A stretch of 64,000 bases of DNA from an uncultured Candidatus Saccharibacteria bacterium (GCA_964593885.1 CAZQKK010000001.1:169929-233928), one strand, 5' to 3'. Counted from the first letter of the stretch, positions 19,127-29,020 are shown. Made by a program: numbers and translations. Notes: generated from the sequence alone by a model not told the origin.

Positions 19127-19235
19127 GGTATTTTCGGTACTTGTACGGTACTACCCACGTTACACTGTTTTACCGTGGATACGTAGGGGTTGGGAGTTGA
19201 ACGTCAGGATGTCCTCAGCGTAAAGCTTCGGAACA

Positions 19236-19345
19236 TCCTTCCTCGGAAACCCACGGTTTCCGACGGCTGCAAGCAGCCTGCTTTCCTCCACGGGAAAACT
19301 TCCGTTTTCCCGGCCCCTTTCCTGTTCAAATCCTGCCCTCTTTGT
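19236..19345. other. conserved structured element, copy A (hairpins ggaaacc-cac-ggtttcc, ggctg-caag-cagcc, cgggaaaac-N4-gttttcccg, then gcccctttc)
   Basis: Shares core blocks with 29134-29210, and compensatory stem changes are visible. It lies between the helicase start and the tRNA-fMet terminator. Confidence 0.4.
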
Positions 19346-19350
19346 AGTCA

Positions 19351-19387
19351 AAACAAAAGGACCATCAGCCGATGGTCCTTTTGTTTT
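19351..19387. terminator. bidirectional intrinsic terminator
   Basis: aaaaggaccatc-agcc-gatggtcctttt with flanking A-tract and T-tract. Confidence 0.55.
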
Positions 19388-19463
19388 GGTAGCGGGGGTT
19401 GGATTTGAACCAACGACCTTCTGGTTATGAGCCAGACGAGCTTCCAGGCTGCTCTACCCCGCA
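19387..19463 (-). tRNA. tRNA-Met(CAT), initiator-like (fMet)
   Basis: 77 nt. Nearly colinear with E. coli tRNA-fMet (GCGGGGT.GAGCAGCCTGG.AGCTCGTC.GGCTCATAACC.GAAGGTCGT.GGTTCAAATCC...CCCCGC.ACCA). Position 1:72 is unpaired (U:U). Anticodon loop CTCATAA. Confidence 0.8.
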
Positions 19464-19552
19464 ACAGATTTTCTCCTACTGACCTTACCTGATTTTCTCT
19501 CTATACTAGGTTGGAAGAGTACCTGAGTTGAATGTAAAGTAAACTTTACAAA

Positions 19553-19570
19553 CACAGTGCTTCTTGCCAT
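19553..19570. promoter_or_regulatory. perfect 18-bp palindrome TGTAAAGTAAACTTTACA upstream of ftsH
   Basis: 8-bp inverted arms with a 2-bp spacer, about 76 nt upstream of the ftsH start codon. Candidate operator. Confidence 0.3.
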
Positions 19571-19645
19571 ACTTACCTGGTATCGGTAGCCGGGAGTACC
19601 TAAGGAATATACCGTAAGTCATAAGATTCGTCAACCTCAAAACCC

Positions 19646-21574
19646 ATGGAACCAACCGGTAAACAGCCTCAGCAGAGCCAGAAACCCCAGCCACCACGCC
19701 GGCAAGGGTCCCCAAAGGGTAGGCCTCCAGTAATCCCAGGTATGCCTGGGCCAAACACCAACAAAAACTTCCTCTGGATTGTGCTCATTCTCATTGGTTT
19801 TGCTATCCTGTCAGCTTTCTACGCTCCGTCACGCCAGAAGCCTGAGGAAATTGGCATCTCAGATGTTGCCAACAAGGTTGCAAACAACGAGGTAAAGAAG
19901 GTTGTTGTTAAGAATGATACAGACCTCGTTATTACCCTCAAAGATGGAAAGGAACTCGTCTCTGCCATTCGTCAGGGAGATGATCTCAAAGACTTCGGCA
20001 TCACCCCAGACAAAACTGAGATTAGCATTACCTACGACAACAGCATTGCCCTCTGGCTTGCCATCCTCCAGATCATCGTTCCTTCGCTCATTATCGTAGG
20101 AATCATCATCTACCTATTCAGGGCATCTGCTGGTGCCAACATGAAGGCGATGAGCTTCGGGCAGTCCCGGGCTAAACTAGCTAACCTCTCCAAGATTCGT
20201 TTCAAGGATGTTGCCGGACTCAAAGAGGCAAAAACCGAGCTCATGGAAGAGGTTGAGTTCCTCAGAAACCCAGGCAAGTTCCTCTCACTGGGAGCCGAGA
20301 TCCCTAAGGGAGTGCTCCTCGTTGGACCTCCAGGAACCGGTAAGACCCTCCTCGCCAAGGCAGTAGCCGGCGAAGCTGGAGTACCTTTCTTCACCATTTC
20401 AGCCTCTGAGTTTGTTGAAATGTTCGTGGGTGTTGGAGCTTCACGGGTACGTGACCTCTTTGCCAAAGCCAAGAAAGCTTCACCATGTATCATCTTCATC
20501 GATGAGCTTGACGCCATTGGAAGGCAGCGTGGTGCCGGTCTCGGTGGCGGACACGATGAACGCGAGCAGACGCTCAACCAGATCCTCGTTGAAATGGACG
20601 GCTTCGAAACAGACGCAGGTGTCATCATCATGGCAGCCACCAACCGCCCAGACGTCCTCGATCCAGCCCTCCTCCGTCCAGGTAGGTTTGATCGCCGCGT
20701 TGTCGTAGATCTCCCAACCAAGTCAGAGCGTGAAGAGGTCTTGAAGATTTACGCCGCCAAAAAGCCCCTCGCTGAAGGTGTAGACCTTGCAGCCGTCGCT
20801 GGGCAAACCGCTGGACTCTCTCCTGCAGACCTCAAGAATGTCATGAACGAGGCAGCCATTCTCACCGCTCGCCGTGAAGAGAAAATTATCACCCAAGAAA
20901 TTCTCCACGAAGCTGTTGAGAAAATCCTCGTCGGCCCTGAGCGCCCTAGCCGGGTGCTCTCTGAGCACGAGAAGAAGGTTACCGCCGTCCACGAGGCAGG
21001 ACACGCCATTGTCGGACACGTCCTCCCTAATACGGATGACATCCACAAGGTTTCCATCATCAGCAGAGGGACAGCACTTGGCCTCACCTGGAGCCTCCCA
21101 CGTGAAGACACCCATCTCGTGAGCGAAAGTAAGTTTAAAGACGAGCTCGCCATGCTCTTGGGTGGAAGACTTGCTGAAATCCTCTACTTTAAGGAACCTA
21201 CCACTGGTGCTTCAAACGACCTCAAGCGCGCAACCGACATCGCCCGCCGCATGGTGGCAGACTACGGTATGAGCGAGAAGCTGGGTCTCAGAACCTACGG
21301 TGAGAAGCACGAGCAAATCTTCCTCGGCAGATCTATGGGCGAACAGCGAGACTACAGCGAAGAGCGCGCGCAGCTCATCGACATCGAGGTTACCCGCATC
21401 ATGAAGGAAGCTGAAGAAAAGGCTACCGAAACGCTCACCAAGTACCGCACCGCCCTCGATCACCTCACCGAACTCTTGCTCAACAAGGAAACGGTAAGTG
21501 GCAAAGAGCTCACTGAGATCCTCACCAACGACACCGGGATTAACAAAGACGGCGACGAAGTTTCGCAGGGGTAA
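19646..21574 (+). CDS. ftsH: ATP-dependent zinc metalloprotease FtsH
   Basis: TM region, AAA module [21 protein letters not shown] region, and zinc motif HEAGHAI. P-rich N-terminal extension. Confidence 0.95.
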   Translation: MEPTGKQPQQSQKPQPPRRQGSPKGRPPVIPGMPGPNTNKNFLWIVLILIGFAILSAFYAPSRQKPEEIGISDVANKVANNEVKKVVVKNDTDLVITLKDGKELVSAIRQGDDLKDFGITPDKTEISITYDNSIALWLAILQIIVPSLIIVGIIIYLFRASAGANMKAMSFGQSRAKLANLSKIRFKDVAGLKEAKTELMEEVEFLRNPGKFLSLGAEIPKGVLLVGPPGTGKTLLAKAVAGEAGVPFFTISASEFVEMFVGVGASRVRDLFAKAKKASPCIIFIDELDAIGRQRGAGLGGGHDEREQTLNQILVEMDGFETDAGVIIMAATNRPDVLDPALLRPGRFDRRVVVDLPTKSEREEVLKIYAAKKPLAEGVDLAAVAGQTAGLSPADLKNVMNEAAILTARREEKIITQEILHEAVEKILVGPERPSRVLSEHEKKVTAVHEAGHAIVGHVLPNTDDIHKVSIISRGTALGLTWSLPREDTHLVSESKFKDELAMLLGGRLAEILYFKEPTTGASNDLKRATDIARRMVADYGMSEKLGLRTYGEKHEQIFLGRSMGEQRDYSEERAQLIDIEVTRIMKEAEEKATETLTKYRTALDHLTELLLNKETVSGKELTEILTNDTGINKDGDEVSQG

Positions 21575-23173
21575 ATGAAACGTCTCTGGGGGCTGTTCTT
21601 CGGGAAGTCATACACCGTCAAGCGGGCTAGCGCTCTCTTGGCGGTTACTGCTGTACTCAGCAACGCTCTAGGACTCTTCAGGAACATCATCTTCTACAGG
21701 CTCCTCCCGCCAGACCAGCTTGATATCTACTACGCAAGCTTCAGGATCCCTGACCTCATCTTCAACATCCTGATCCTGGGAGCTATCAGTAGCGCTTTCA
21801 TCCCAGTGCTTACCGAACACCTCGGGAAGCACCCCGAAGATGATGAAAAGTGGCGAAAGATTGCCAACCAAGTTATCAGTTGGCTCACGGCAATTCTCGG
21901 AGTACTAGCCCTCATCCTGGCTCTCATCATGCCGTGGCTGATGCAGGTTGTAGTAGCTGGCTTCGATCCGGTAAGGATGGAATCTGCAGTGCTCCTCAGT
22001 AGGATTCTCCTCGTCCAGAGTGTTTTCCTGGCTTGGTCTTTCTGTTTTGGTGGCCTCCTCAATAGCTTCAACCGGTTCTCTACCTACGCATTCGCACCGC
22101 TAGTCTACAACCTCATCCTCATTGCTGGTGGGTTTGTTGCCGCAAGCTACGGGATTACTGCCCTCGCCTACGCCGTGGTAGTAGGAGCTCTTGGCCACTG
22201 CGGTATCCAGTACCTGGAGACTAAGAGGCTAGGCTACAAACCAAAGATTGATTTCAGTGTTGGCAAAGAGCTCAAGGAAATCTTCAAGTTGATGGTTCCT
22301 CGGAGCCTCACCCTGGGTACCAGCCAGATCACGGCAATTGTTTACGTTGCTCTCGCCTCTGGTCTCACCGCCGGGTCTATCGCCATCTTCAGTGGCATGA
22401 ACGACCTCCAAACTACCCCAACAGTGATTGTGGCAAACTCCATCGCCATTGCCTTCTTCCCAACCCTCACCAAGCACCTCGCTGCGGGAGAGTGGGATTC
22501 GCTCAATACCCTGGTGCTCAAGGCAGTAAGGACAGTTCTCTTCCTCATTATTCCTACCGTTCTCCTAGGCATTATCCTACGTGCTCAGGTGGTAAGGCTC
22601 TACTTCGGTATTGGAGGAGCTGGCTGGACACTCACCGAAATTGCTATAGAAACTTTCGTCTTCTTCCTCATCGGCATCATTCCGGCTAGCCTCGTTGCCA
22701 TCCTCTTACGGATTTTCTACGGCCTCAAAGACACCCGAACCCCGCTCATCTACGGGAGCATTGCGGCGGCTGCTGGCATTATCACCGCCTACATTGGTAT
22801 CACCAAGTTTGGCGGAAACGTTGCGGTACTAGCACTTGCAACCACCGTGGTCTCAGGGGTGCAGTGTCTCTTACTCCTGGCGAAGCTCTACCAAGACAAC
22901 CGGTTTGAGCTCAGTGCCAAGATTGTGGTGAAACACTCGCTCAACTACCTCACCGGGGGGCTCATTGCCGCTGGGGTAAGTTGGTCTGTCCTCAACGTAG
23001 TGCACTGGTTCTACGTCACCACAGGCATCCTTGGAACCCAGTACATCATCGGACTCCTCATTCAGCTCGTTCTGGCTGCAACTGCTGGAGCCCTGGTATA
23101 CTACACCTACAATAAGGTACTCGGTAGCGAAGAACTCTCATGGCTCAAACGCAGCGCCTTCAAGAATCCATAG
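21575..23173 (+). CDS. murJ: lipid II flippase MurJ (MviN)
   Basis: 14-TM MOP-family protein with an N-terminus typical of MurJ (..ALGLFRNIIFYRLL..ASFRIPDLIFNILILGAISSAFIPV). Confidence 0.9.
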   Translation: MKRLWGLFFGKSYTVKRASALLAVTAVLSNALGLFRNIIFYRLLPPDQLDIYYASFRIPDLIFNILILGAISSAFIPVLTEHLGKHPEDDEKWRKIANQVISWLTAILGVLALILALIMPWLMQVVVAGFDPVRMESAVLLSRILLVQSVFLAWSFCFGGLLNSFNRFSTYAFAPLVYNLILIAGGFVAASYGITALAYAVVVGALGHCGIQYLETKRLGYKPKIDFSVGKELKEIFKLMVPRSLTLGTSQITAIVYVALASGLTAGSIAIFSGMNDLQTTPTVIVANSIAIAFFPTLTKHLAAGEWDSLNTLVLKAVRTVLFLIIPTVLLGIILRAQVVRLYFGIGGAGWTLTEIAIETFVFFLIGIIPASLVAILLRIFYGLKDTRTPLIYGSIAAAAGIITAYIGITKFGGNVAVLALATTVVSGVQCLLLLAKLYQDNRFELSAKIVVKHSLNYLTGGLIAAGVSWSVLNVVHWFYVTTGILGTQYIIGLLIQLVLAATAGALVYYTYNKVLGSEELSWLKRSAFKNP

Positions 23174-23202
23174 ATAGAACTCCTTACTCAGCCTGCTTTT
23201 TG

Positions 23203-23514
23203 GTGGCCCTCGTTGGGGTGTGCTGCTTTGTGATAGCCGCATACGCCCTGGTGAAGCTGGGTGGTGGGGCAAAGCACCTCTGGTTTACTCGCTCCACAAA
23301 CAGCAGTACCATCGATACCTCTGCAGCTTCAGATGCCCTAGAAGCAGCAAAGCAGAAAACCCAAGCCGCTGTTGACCAGGCGAAATCAGAGGCACAGTCT
23401 GCTGCCCAGAAAGAGCTTGAAGCCCAGAAGGCCGCTGCTGCAGAGGCAGCTATGGAAGCCGTGAAGCAGGAAACCCAAAAGCAGCTGGACTCATTCAAGG
23501 AAAGTTTGAAATAA
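23203..23514 (+). CDS. possible small membrane protein with Ala/Gln/Glu-rich coiled-coil tail. The start is uncertain (GTG 23203 or TTG 23200; the ORF-track ATG at 23140 overlaps murJ).
   Basis: One TM helix (LVALVGVCCFVIAAYALV) followed by a helical low-complexity region. It is followed by a terminator. Confidence 0.3.
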   Translation: MALVGVCCFVIAAYALVKLGGGAKHLWFTRSTNSSTIDTSAASDALEAAKQKTQAAVDQAKSEAQSAAQKELEAQKAAAAEAAMEAVKQETQKQLDSFKESLK

Positions 23515-23542
23515 AAAAACCTAGACGAAATGTCTAGGTTGG
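23513..23542. terminator. bidirectional intrinsic terminator
   Basis: aacctagac-gaaat-gtctaggtt with an A-run on the plus side and a T-run on the minus side. Convergent genes. Confidence 0.55.
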
Positions 23543-24280
23543 AAGAATGGGTTGCCACTCGCTCTCTTCCATTGGGTGGACGAGAGGGTTGAGACGCCTC
23601 ACCTGCTCCAGTTTGCCAGATTGACCACTCCTGAAGTGGAGGAAGTGTAAGTTATGCATCCCAGTGTGCTTGCAGATAACCGGCCAACCTTCCGGGAGTG
23701 CACCCGCAAGGACGTGTCTGATGACTTTGCTTATCTCGCCGTGTGACGAGATAACAACGGTGCCACCTCGGTGACTTTCCCCTAGCTCGGCTAGTAGGCC
23801 TTGCACCTCAGGAATGTGAGCTGTCACCGATCCACCCCCTTTACCAGGAATGAAGTCCGGATCTTGGTTGGCTTTCTTGACCATCTCGGCATGAGCCTTA
23901 CGGAACGCGTGCACACACTCGAAACCAAAAGAGGTGTCGCCCCAGTCTCGCTCTCTCACCCGGACATCTTCACGCCAGGTTACACCCGGAAAGACGATGT
24001 GAGCGGTTTGAGAGGCTCGCTCAAATGGCGAGGTGATGTAGGCGCTGGGTTCAAGTGGTGCAACGTACGTCTGGATAACTTCTGATGCAAGCCGCGCCTG
24101 TAGCAATCCTCTCCCAGTAAGGGGCCAGTGAGCATCGTCGGTAGTCATCTCAGACACCCTCCGTAGTTCCTGGAAAGCCCAGCTTAGGTTTTGGCAATCA
24201 CCCAAGAGTACCCTCTGGAGGATCTGGTTGTGGAGTGACCACCCATGACGAAACACTATCAAGTTCTCAAGTTCAATCAC
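23534..24280 (-). CDS. histidine phosphatase family protein (phosphoglycerate-mutase-like branch)
   Basis: N-terminal catalytic RHG motif (VFRHGWSLHNQ) and a conserved downstream His. Confidence 0.75.
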   Translation of the reverse strand: MIELENLIVFRHGWSLHNQILQRVLLGDCQNLSWAFQELRRVSEMTTDDAHWPLTGRGLLQARLASEVIQTYVAPLEPSAYITSPFERASQTAHIVFPGVTWREDVRVRERDWGDTSFGFECVHAFRKAHAEMVKKANQDPDFIPGKGGGSVTAHIPEVQGLLAELGESHRGGTVVISSHGEISKVIRHVLAGALPEGWPVICKHTGMHNLHFLHFRSGQSGKLEQVRRLNPLVHPMEESEWQPILPT

Positions 24281-24364
24281 GGAGAAACCCTACCAAAAAA
24301 TACTCGATATGGCAACCAGCTACCCCCTCGAAATAAACCTGAAAACCTGGTACACTCGGGGCTA

Positions 24365-26146
24365 ATGAACGCTCAAGAATCAATCAGGAACTTCTGTATT
24401 ATCGCCCACATCGATCATGGCAAGTCTACGCTTGCAGATCGAATGCTTGAGGTTACCCAAACGGTGCTCCAGCGGGAGATGAAAGAGCAGCTCTTGGATC
24501 AGATGGATCTAGAGCGCGAACGCGGCATCACCATCAAGCTCCAGCCGGTGAGGATGCTCTACAAAGATCACGTCCTCAACCTCATCGATACTCCAGGACA
24601 CGTAGACTTCTCCTACGAGGTTTCTCGCTCTCTTGCTGCGGTAGAAGGGGCAGTGCTTTTGGTAGATGCCTCGCAAGGTGTTCAAGCACAGACGCTCACC
24701 ACCCTCTACCAGGCCATTGACCAGGGGCTCACCATCATTCCGGTTATCAACAAAATTGACCTCCCCCACGCCGAGCCTGAGCGCCGCGCTGAAGAGCTCA
24801 TGAAGCTCCTAGGTTGCAAGCGCGAGGACATCCTCTTTGCCTCGGGAAAAACAGGCGTTGGGGTACCAGAAATCCTGGACCAGGTTATCAGAGACGTTCC
24901 CTCACCAAAGGGAGACCCGGAAGCTCCCCTCAGAGCCCTCGTCTTTGACTGCATCTTCGATGCCTACCGTGGGGTTGTCGCCTACATCAGGCTTGTAGAC
25001 GGAGCTCTCCCGGCCCACACAGACATTAAGCTCATCCAGGGGAACAAAGAAACCGAAGCGCTTGAGGTTGGCTACTTCCTCCCCCAGCGAAAAGCTTCAA
25101 AGGATATCAACCCAGGCGAAATTGGCTACGTGATCACCGGACTCAAAGAGGTGAGCGATATTGGGATTGGAGACACCTTCACCCTCAAGAAAACCACCAC
25201 CGATCCCCTCCCGGGATACCGCCAGGTTACCCCCATGGTCTTCGCCTCGCTCTACCCACCCGATGGTGACCAGTACACCACGCTCAGAGATGCCATCTCA
25301 AAGTACAAGCTCAACGACGCCGCCCTCACCTTCGTCCCCGAGCACTCCCCCGCTCTTGGCTTTGGTTTCAGGTGTGGCTTCCTGGGAATGCTCCACATGG
25401 AAATTGTGATCGAGCGCCTCCACCGTGAGTACAACGCCGATGTGTTTGCCACCGTTCCCTCGGTTGCCTACCAGGCTACCACCACCAGCGATGAGCTCAT
25501 CGAGGTGCAGAGTCCCGCCGAACTGCCAGATCCTTCGTCCACAAAGACAACCTCAGAGCCGTGGATTCAGCTTGAGCTGGTTTCGCCCCACGAGTACGTG
25601 GGAAACATCATGGAACTCTGCTCCCTCCACCGTGCTACCTACATCAACACCCAGTACCTGGACACAGACAGGGTTCTCCTCACCTACGAGGCTCCACTGG
25701 CCGAGATTGTTGTCTCGTTCTACGATGAGCTCAAGAGTGCCACCGCCGGTTACGCCTCCATGAGCTACAGCATGCTCGGCTTTAGAGAGGGCAACCTGGT
25801 AAAGCTGGATATCCTGATTGGGGGCGATAAGATGGAGCCGCTTGCCACCATCGTTCCTCGCTCACTGGCAGACTCCACCGGGAGGAGGCTCTGCGAGAAG
25901 CTCAAAGAGCTCATCCCGCGTCAGAACTTTGAGGTGGCCATCCAAGCAGCAGTTGGTGGAAAGGTGATCGCCCGTGAGACTATCTCAGCCTTCAGAAAAG
26001 ACGTAACAGACTACCTGTACGGTGGTGACGTTACCCGCAAAATGAAGCTGCTCAACAAGCAAAAAGAAGGTAAGAAGCGCATGAAAAAGTTTGGGAAAGT
26101 TGAAATCCCAAACAACGTCTTCATTGATCTCTTGAAGCGAACCTAA
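24365..26146 (+). CDS. lepA: elongation factor 4 (LepA)
   Basis: IRNFCIIAHIDHGKSTLADR G-domain, a C-terminal LepA-specific domain, and a K-rich end. The start is set at the internal ATG (MNAQESIRNF) to match the canonical N-terminus. Confidence 0.9.
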   Translation: MNAQESIRNFCIIAHIDHGKSTLADRMLEVTQTVLQREMKEQLLDQMDLERERGITIKLQPVRMLYKDHVLNLIDTPGHVDFSYEVSRSLAAVEGAVLLVDASQGVQAQTLTTLYQAIDQGLTIIPVINKIDLPHAEPERRAEELMKLLGCKREDILFASGKTGVGVPEILDQVIRDVPSPKGDPEAPLRALVFDCIFDAYRGVVAYIRLVDGALPAHTDIKLIQGNKETEALEVGYFLPQRKASKDINPGEIGYVITGLKEVSDIGIGDTFTLKKTTTDPLPGYRQVTPMVFASLYPPDGDQYTTLRDAISKYKLNDAALTFVPEHSPALGFGFRCGFLGMLHMEIVIERLHREYNADVFATVPSVAYQATTTSDELIEVQSPAELPDPSSTKTTSEPWIQLELVSPHEYVGNIMELCSLHRATYINTQYLDTDRVLLTYEAPLAEIVVSFYDELKSATAGYASMSYSMLGFREGNLVKLDILIGGDKMEPLATIVPRSLADSTGRRLCEKLKELIPRQNFEVAIQAAVGGKVIARETISAFRKDVTDYLYGGDVTRKMKLLNKQKEGKKRMKKFGKVEIPNNVFIDLLKRT

Positions 26147-26871
26147 ACCGCTCGGTGGGGAAACCTGAGAAAGAAGTCGGTTCCCTCGTGAATCTTGCTC
26201 TTGAAGAGTACCTCGCCTCCCATACTCGCCATGATGTGCTTCACGAGGACTAGCCCAAGTCCCGTGCCTTCGTAGGCAATCTCCTTTGCCTCTTCGCCCC
26301 GGAAAAACTCGGTGAAGAGTCTACTCTGCTCTGCTTCCGGAATACCAATACCTTGGTCTACCACGTGGATGACCGCGTAGTCTCCCTCAACGGCTGCGGT
26401 AACGGTAACCTGGCCGCCGGCTTTCGTGTACTTGATAGCGTTATCAACCAGGTTGAGAATGCACTGCTTCACGAGGGTCTTGGTGCCATAGACGGTTGGC
26501 AGCTTCTCAACGGTACCCTTCACCAGGTGCACCCCTTTGTTGTGCGAGTTGAGCTCATAGGTTGCGAGCACCTCTTCAATGAGCTCATTCAAGCTCACCG
26601 GTTCTGCCGTTGTTGTGTGCTTGCCACTCATCAACCTGAAAACCTGGAGCATATCGCCAATGAGGTGGCTCATGCTGTTAGCCTGTTCAAGGGACTTTTG
26701 GACGAGCTTCTTTGCCTCAGGATCGAGGTTCTGAATCTCGGTCATAGACTGGAGGCACCACTGCATAATTGCTACCGGTGACTTCAGCTGGTGCGAAGCC
26801 GTCAGAAAAAACTCAACCTTAGGGTCAACTGAGGGAGCGTCCAGAGCCGGAATAGGCAGTGTCGCCGGCAT
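26143..26871 (-). CDS. soluble histidine kinase core (HisKA + HATPase_c), no sensor or TM domain
   Basis: H-box FLTASHQLKSP, N-box LVDNAIKYT, and G-boxes DQGIGIP and GTGLGL. Confidence 0.8.
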   Translation of the reverse strand: MPATLPIPALDAPSVDPKVEFFLTASHQLKSPVAIMQWCLQSMTEIQNLDPEAKKLVQKSLEQANSMSHLIGDMLQVFRLMSGKHTTTAEPVSLNELIEEVLATYELNSHNKGVHLVKGTVEKLPTVYGTKTLVKQCILNLVDNAIKYTKAGGQVTVTAAVEGDYAVIHVVDQGIGIPEAEQSRLFTEFFRGEEAKEIAYEGTGLGLVLVKHIMASMGGEVLFKSKIHEGTDFFLRFPHRAV

Positions 26872-26879
26872 GCTGGGTA

Positions 26880-27533
26880 CTATACCTCTCTGTCTGAGGT
26901 GGCTGTTTCGTCAAAGAGAATAGCGATTGCAGCACCGCAGATTGCCCCCACAACTGGGAATGCAAGGTAGGTAAGGGAGTAGCTACCGAGGCCAAAAGCA
27001 ATTGCTGGGTTGAGGATACCACCGCCTGTGTGAGCACTGAGAATGAGCCCGAGCATGAGACCTCCACCAACCGTTGCTGGAACCATCGCAGCAGGAACAC
27101 GCTTGGTTACCGCTAGCATCACGGCAAAACTTAGAATCATCGTCCCAACAAACTCCCCCACAATGATTGATGTGTTGGTTGCAGTTACAGGGAGGGATGG
27201 AGCGCCAAGGAGGAGGTTTGCAAGTCTTACACCAACAAAACCACCGAGCAGCTGGCTCACGAGGTAGATACCTGCTTGCTGCAGCGAAATCTTACGGAAG
27301 AGTGCCTGTGAGATGGTAACGGCAGGATTTACGTGGGCGCCGCTCACCCAACCAAAGAACATGACGATGAGCATGAGCACCAAGCCAACCAAGAAAGGTA
27401 TAAAGGTGAACTCGTAGCCCTTAATACCAAAGTAGGCAGAGGTAATGAGGACAGCAACGGTACTTGAGAGAAATGCTGTGCCGAGGAATTCTGCGAGAAT
27501 CCAGCGAATGTAGGTAGCAGGAGCCTGTTTCAT
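26880..27533 (-). CDS. aquaporin / MIP-family channel
   Basis: Two NPA motifs (SGAHVNPAVT and GGILNPAIAFG), six TM segments, about 217 aa. Confidence 0.9.
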   Translation of the reverse strand: MKQAPATYIRWILAEFLGTAFLSSTVAVLITSAYFGIKGYEFTFIPFLVGLVLMLIVMFFGWVSGAHVNPAVTISQALFRKISLQQAGIYLVSQLLGGFVGVRLANLLLGAPSLPVTATNTSIIVGEFVGTMILSFAVMLAVTKRVPAAMVPATVGGGLMLGLILSAHTGGGILNPAIAFGLGSYSLTYLAFPVVGAICGAAIAILFDETATSDREV

Positions 27534-29020
27534 CGGTGAGGTTTCTTATGGCTTGTGTAGTGTTGTGAAGCGTAGATGCCACACGCGAGGGTAAGGATCG
27601 CAAACCCAACAAAGCCAACTGCCTGTTCAAGGGTACTGAGAGTTGGGAGATCAACGGCAAGGAATTGGAAGCTCGCCAGAATAATTGCTGCAGCACCGGC
27701 AACAACGCCAGCTGACTCATGGTGCATTCTACTGAGTGCGTAGAGCCAAATTCCCCAGACAGCGAAAAGAACAGTCTGGGTAAGACCAGTTGCTTCCTGG
27801 ACGAAGAGGATGAGGATGATTCCCCAAGCAGCAGTTGCAAGAGATCTTCGGATAATAGGTTGGAGGAGCGTCTCTCTTGGTTTAAGGTTCTGCTGCCACA
27901 AGCCGTACCACCAGTGCACGGTACCCAGTGTTGCCAGCATTACTGCTCCTAGCCAAACGCTGGTGTGCTGCCAAATTGGGCCGAAAACTGAGTAGATATT
28001 CCCCTGCACCATGAACAAAAAGTGGAGCGTAGCGAGTGACACTGCAGCAATACCCAGCATCCTAGCGGTGTAGCTTCCACCAAGGAATCCTGCCATGAGG
28101 CTCATGAGACCACCCGCAACAAGAGTGAGTACCACTGCTGTCTCATCGAGGTAGAGGTACACCCAGAGCATGGTACTTGCAGCGGCAACAGCGAGGAAGA
28201 ACTTCGCAAACGATTGCCTCGATACCTTTATCCAGGCACTTGCGGCATAGGCTAGGGATACTCCAGAGAGCGAAATAAAGGCAATCTGAAACGCCTGGTA
28301 GAGCGGATAGTTTGCGAGGAATCCAACGAGGGCGAGGTAAACCAGTGCTGTGGTAACTATGATGGTTATTCCCATCAAGTTGTTCTCGAGGGTTCGCCTC
28401 CAACCAGCAACCACCCAGAATGTCACCGCAAGGTAGGCAACGGCAAGGTAGGTACTGAGGATTCTCTCATCGGTAAATGCACCCGCTGGCTGGAGGAAGG
28501 AGATACTGGTGAGGAGGGTTGCGGCAGCCGTTGCAGTAGCGATCAGGAACCATCCCCTCCTGTTTTTCCCAGTTACGAGCATCACCACAATTGCTAGTCC
28601 GTTGATGAGGACAAGGAGCAGGCTTGGCGAGGCAACAAAGAGGAGGTTTAACCCAACGGTTAAGAACCCAACTCCAAAGAGGAGGAAGGCAGCAAGGATC
28701 ACTTGTACCTGGCTCTTATTGAGGAGGTGTACCTTTGGTTTGTGGTGCACGAGGTGAGCATGGCGCTTACCACTAGCATGGCGAAGCATGAGCTCACGAC
28801 TATCAGAAACGTCCCAGATGCCAGCCGCCCTCACAATGAGCCAGAGGGCAACGGCGGTGATGACACCGTACGCAACGTTAACTCCACCATATACCTGTAA
28901 ATCTGCGAGAAGTCCCAGGGAACCAACAGGCAAGAGGAACCAGCCTGCAATTCTTGAGGCGTTATCGCTCTTGATGAAGCGTATGAGTTGGTTGCTAGTT
29001 TTTGCGGAGAGGAGCCCCAT
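27530..29020 (-). CDS. large polytopic membrane protein (about 14 TM). The start is set at the internal ATG; the ORF-track start at 29080 lies inside the terminator repeat.
   Basis: Continuous series of hydrophobic helices. The first 20 ORF-track codons are encoded by a palindromic hairpin. Confidence 0.55.
   Translation of the reverse strand: MGLLSAKTSNQLIRFIKSDNASRIAGWFLLPVGSLGLLADLQVYGGVNVAYGVITAVALWLIVRAAGIWDVSDSRELMLRHASGKRHAHLVHHKPKVHLLNKSQVQVILAAFLLFGVGFLTVGLNLLFVASPSLLLVLINGLAIVVMLVTGKNRRGWFLIATATAAATLLTSISFLQPAGAFTDERILSTYLAVAYLAVTFWVVAGWRRTLENNLMGITIIVTTALVYLALVGFLANYPLYQAFQIAFISLSGVSLAYAASAWIKVSRQSFAKFFLAVAAASTMLWVYLYLDETAVVLTLVAGGLMSLMAGFLGGSYTARMLGIAAVSLATLHFLFMVQGNIYSVFGPIWQHTSVWLGAVMLATLGTVHWWYGLWQQNLKPRETLLQPIIRRSLATAAWGIILILFVQEATGLTQTVLFAVWGIWLYALSRMHHESAGVVAGAAAIILASFQFLAVDLPTLSTLEQAVGFVGFAILTLACGIYASQHYTSHKKPHR

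Noticed and set aside
19236-19345. Possibility that the tRNA-adjacent element is SRP (4.5S) RNA
   Set aside because: The minus-strand stretch GGAGGAAAGCAGGCUGC loosely recalls the SRP domain IV motif GGAAGGAAGCAGCC. However, there are two divergent copies, and the conserved helix 8 tetraloop context is absent.
20110-20721. 203-aa minus-strand ORF inside ftsH
   Set aside because: It lies antisense to a highly conserved AAA protease gene and gives Arg/Ser/Pro-rich nonsense.
24245-24364. Upstream ATG start for lepA from the ORF track
   Set aside because: The extension (MTKHYQVLKFNHGETLP...) is not LepA-like and would overlap the divergent phosphatase start. The canonical N-terminus begins at ATG 24365.
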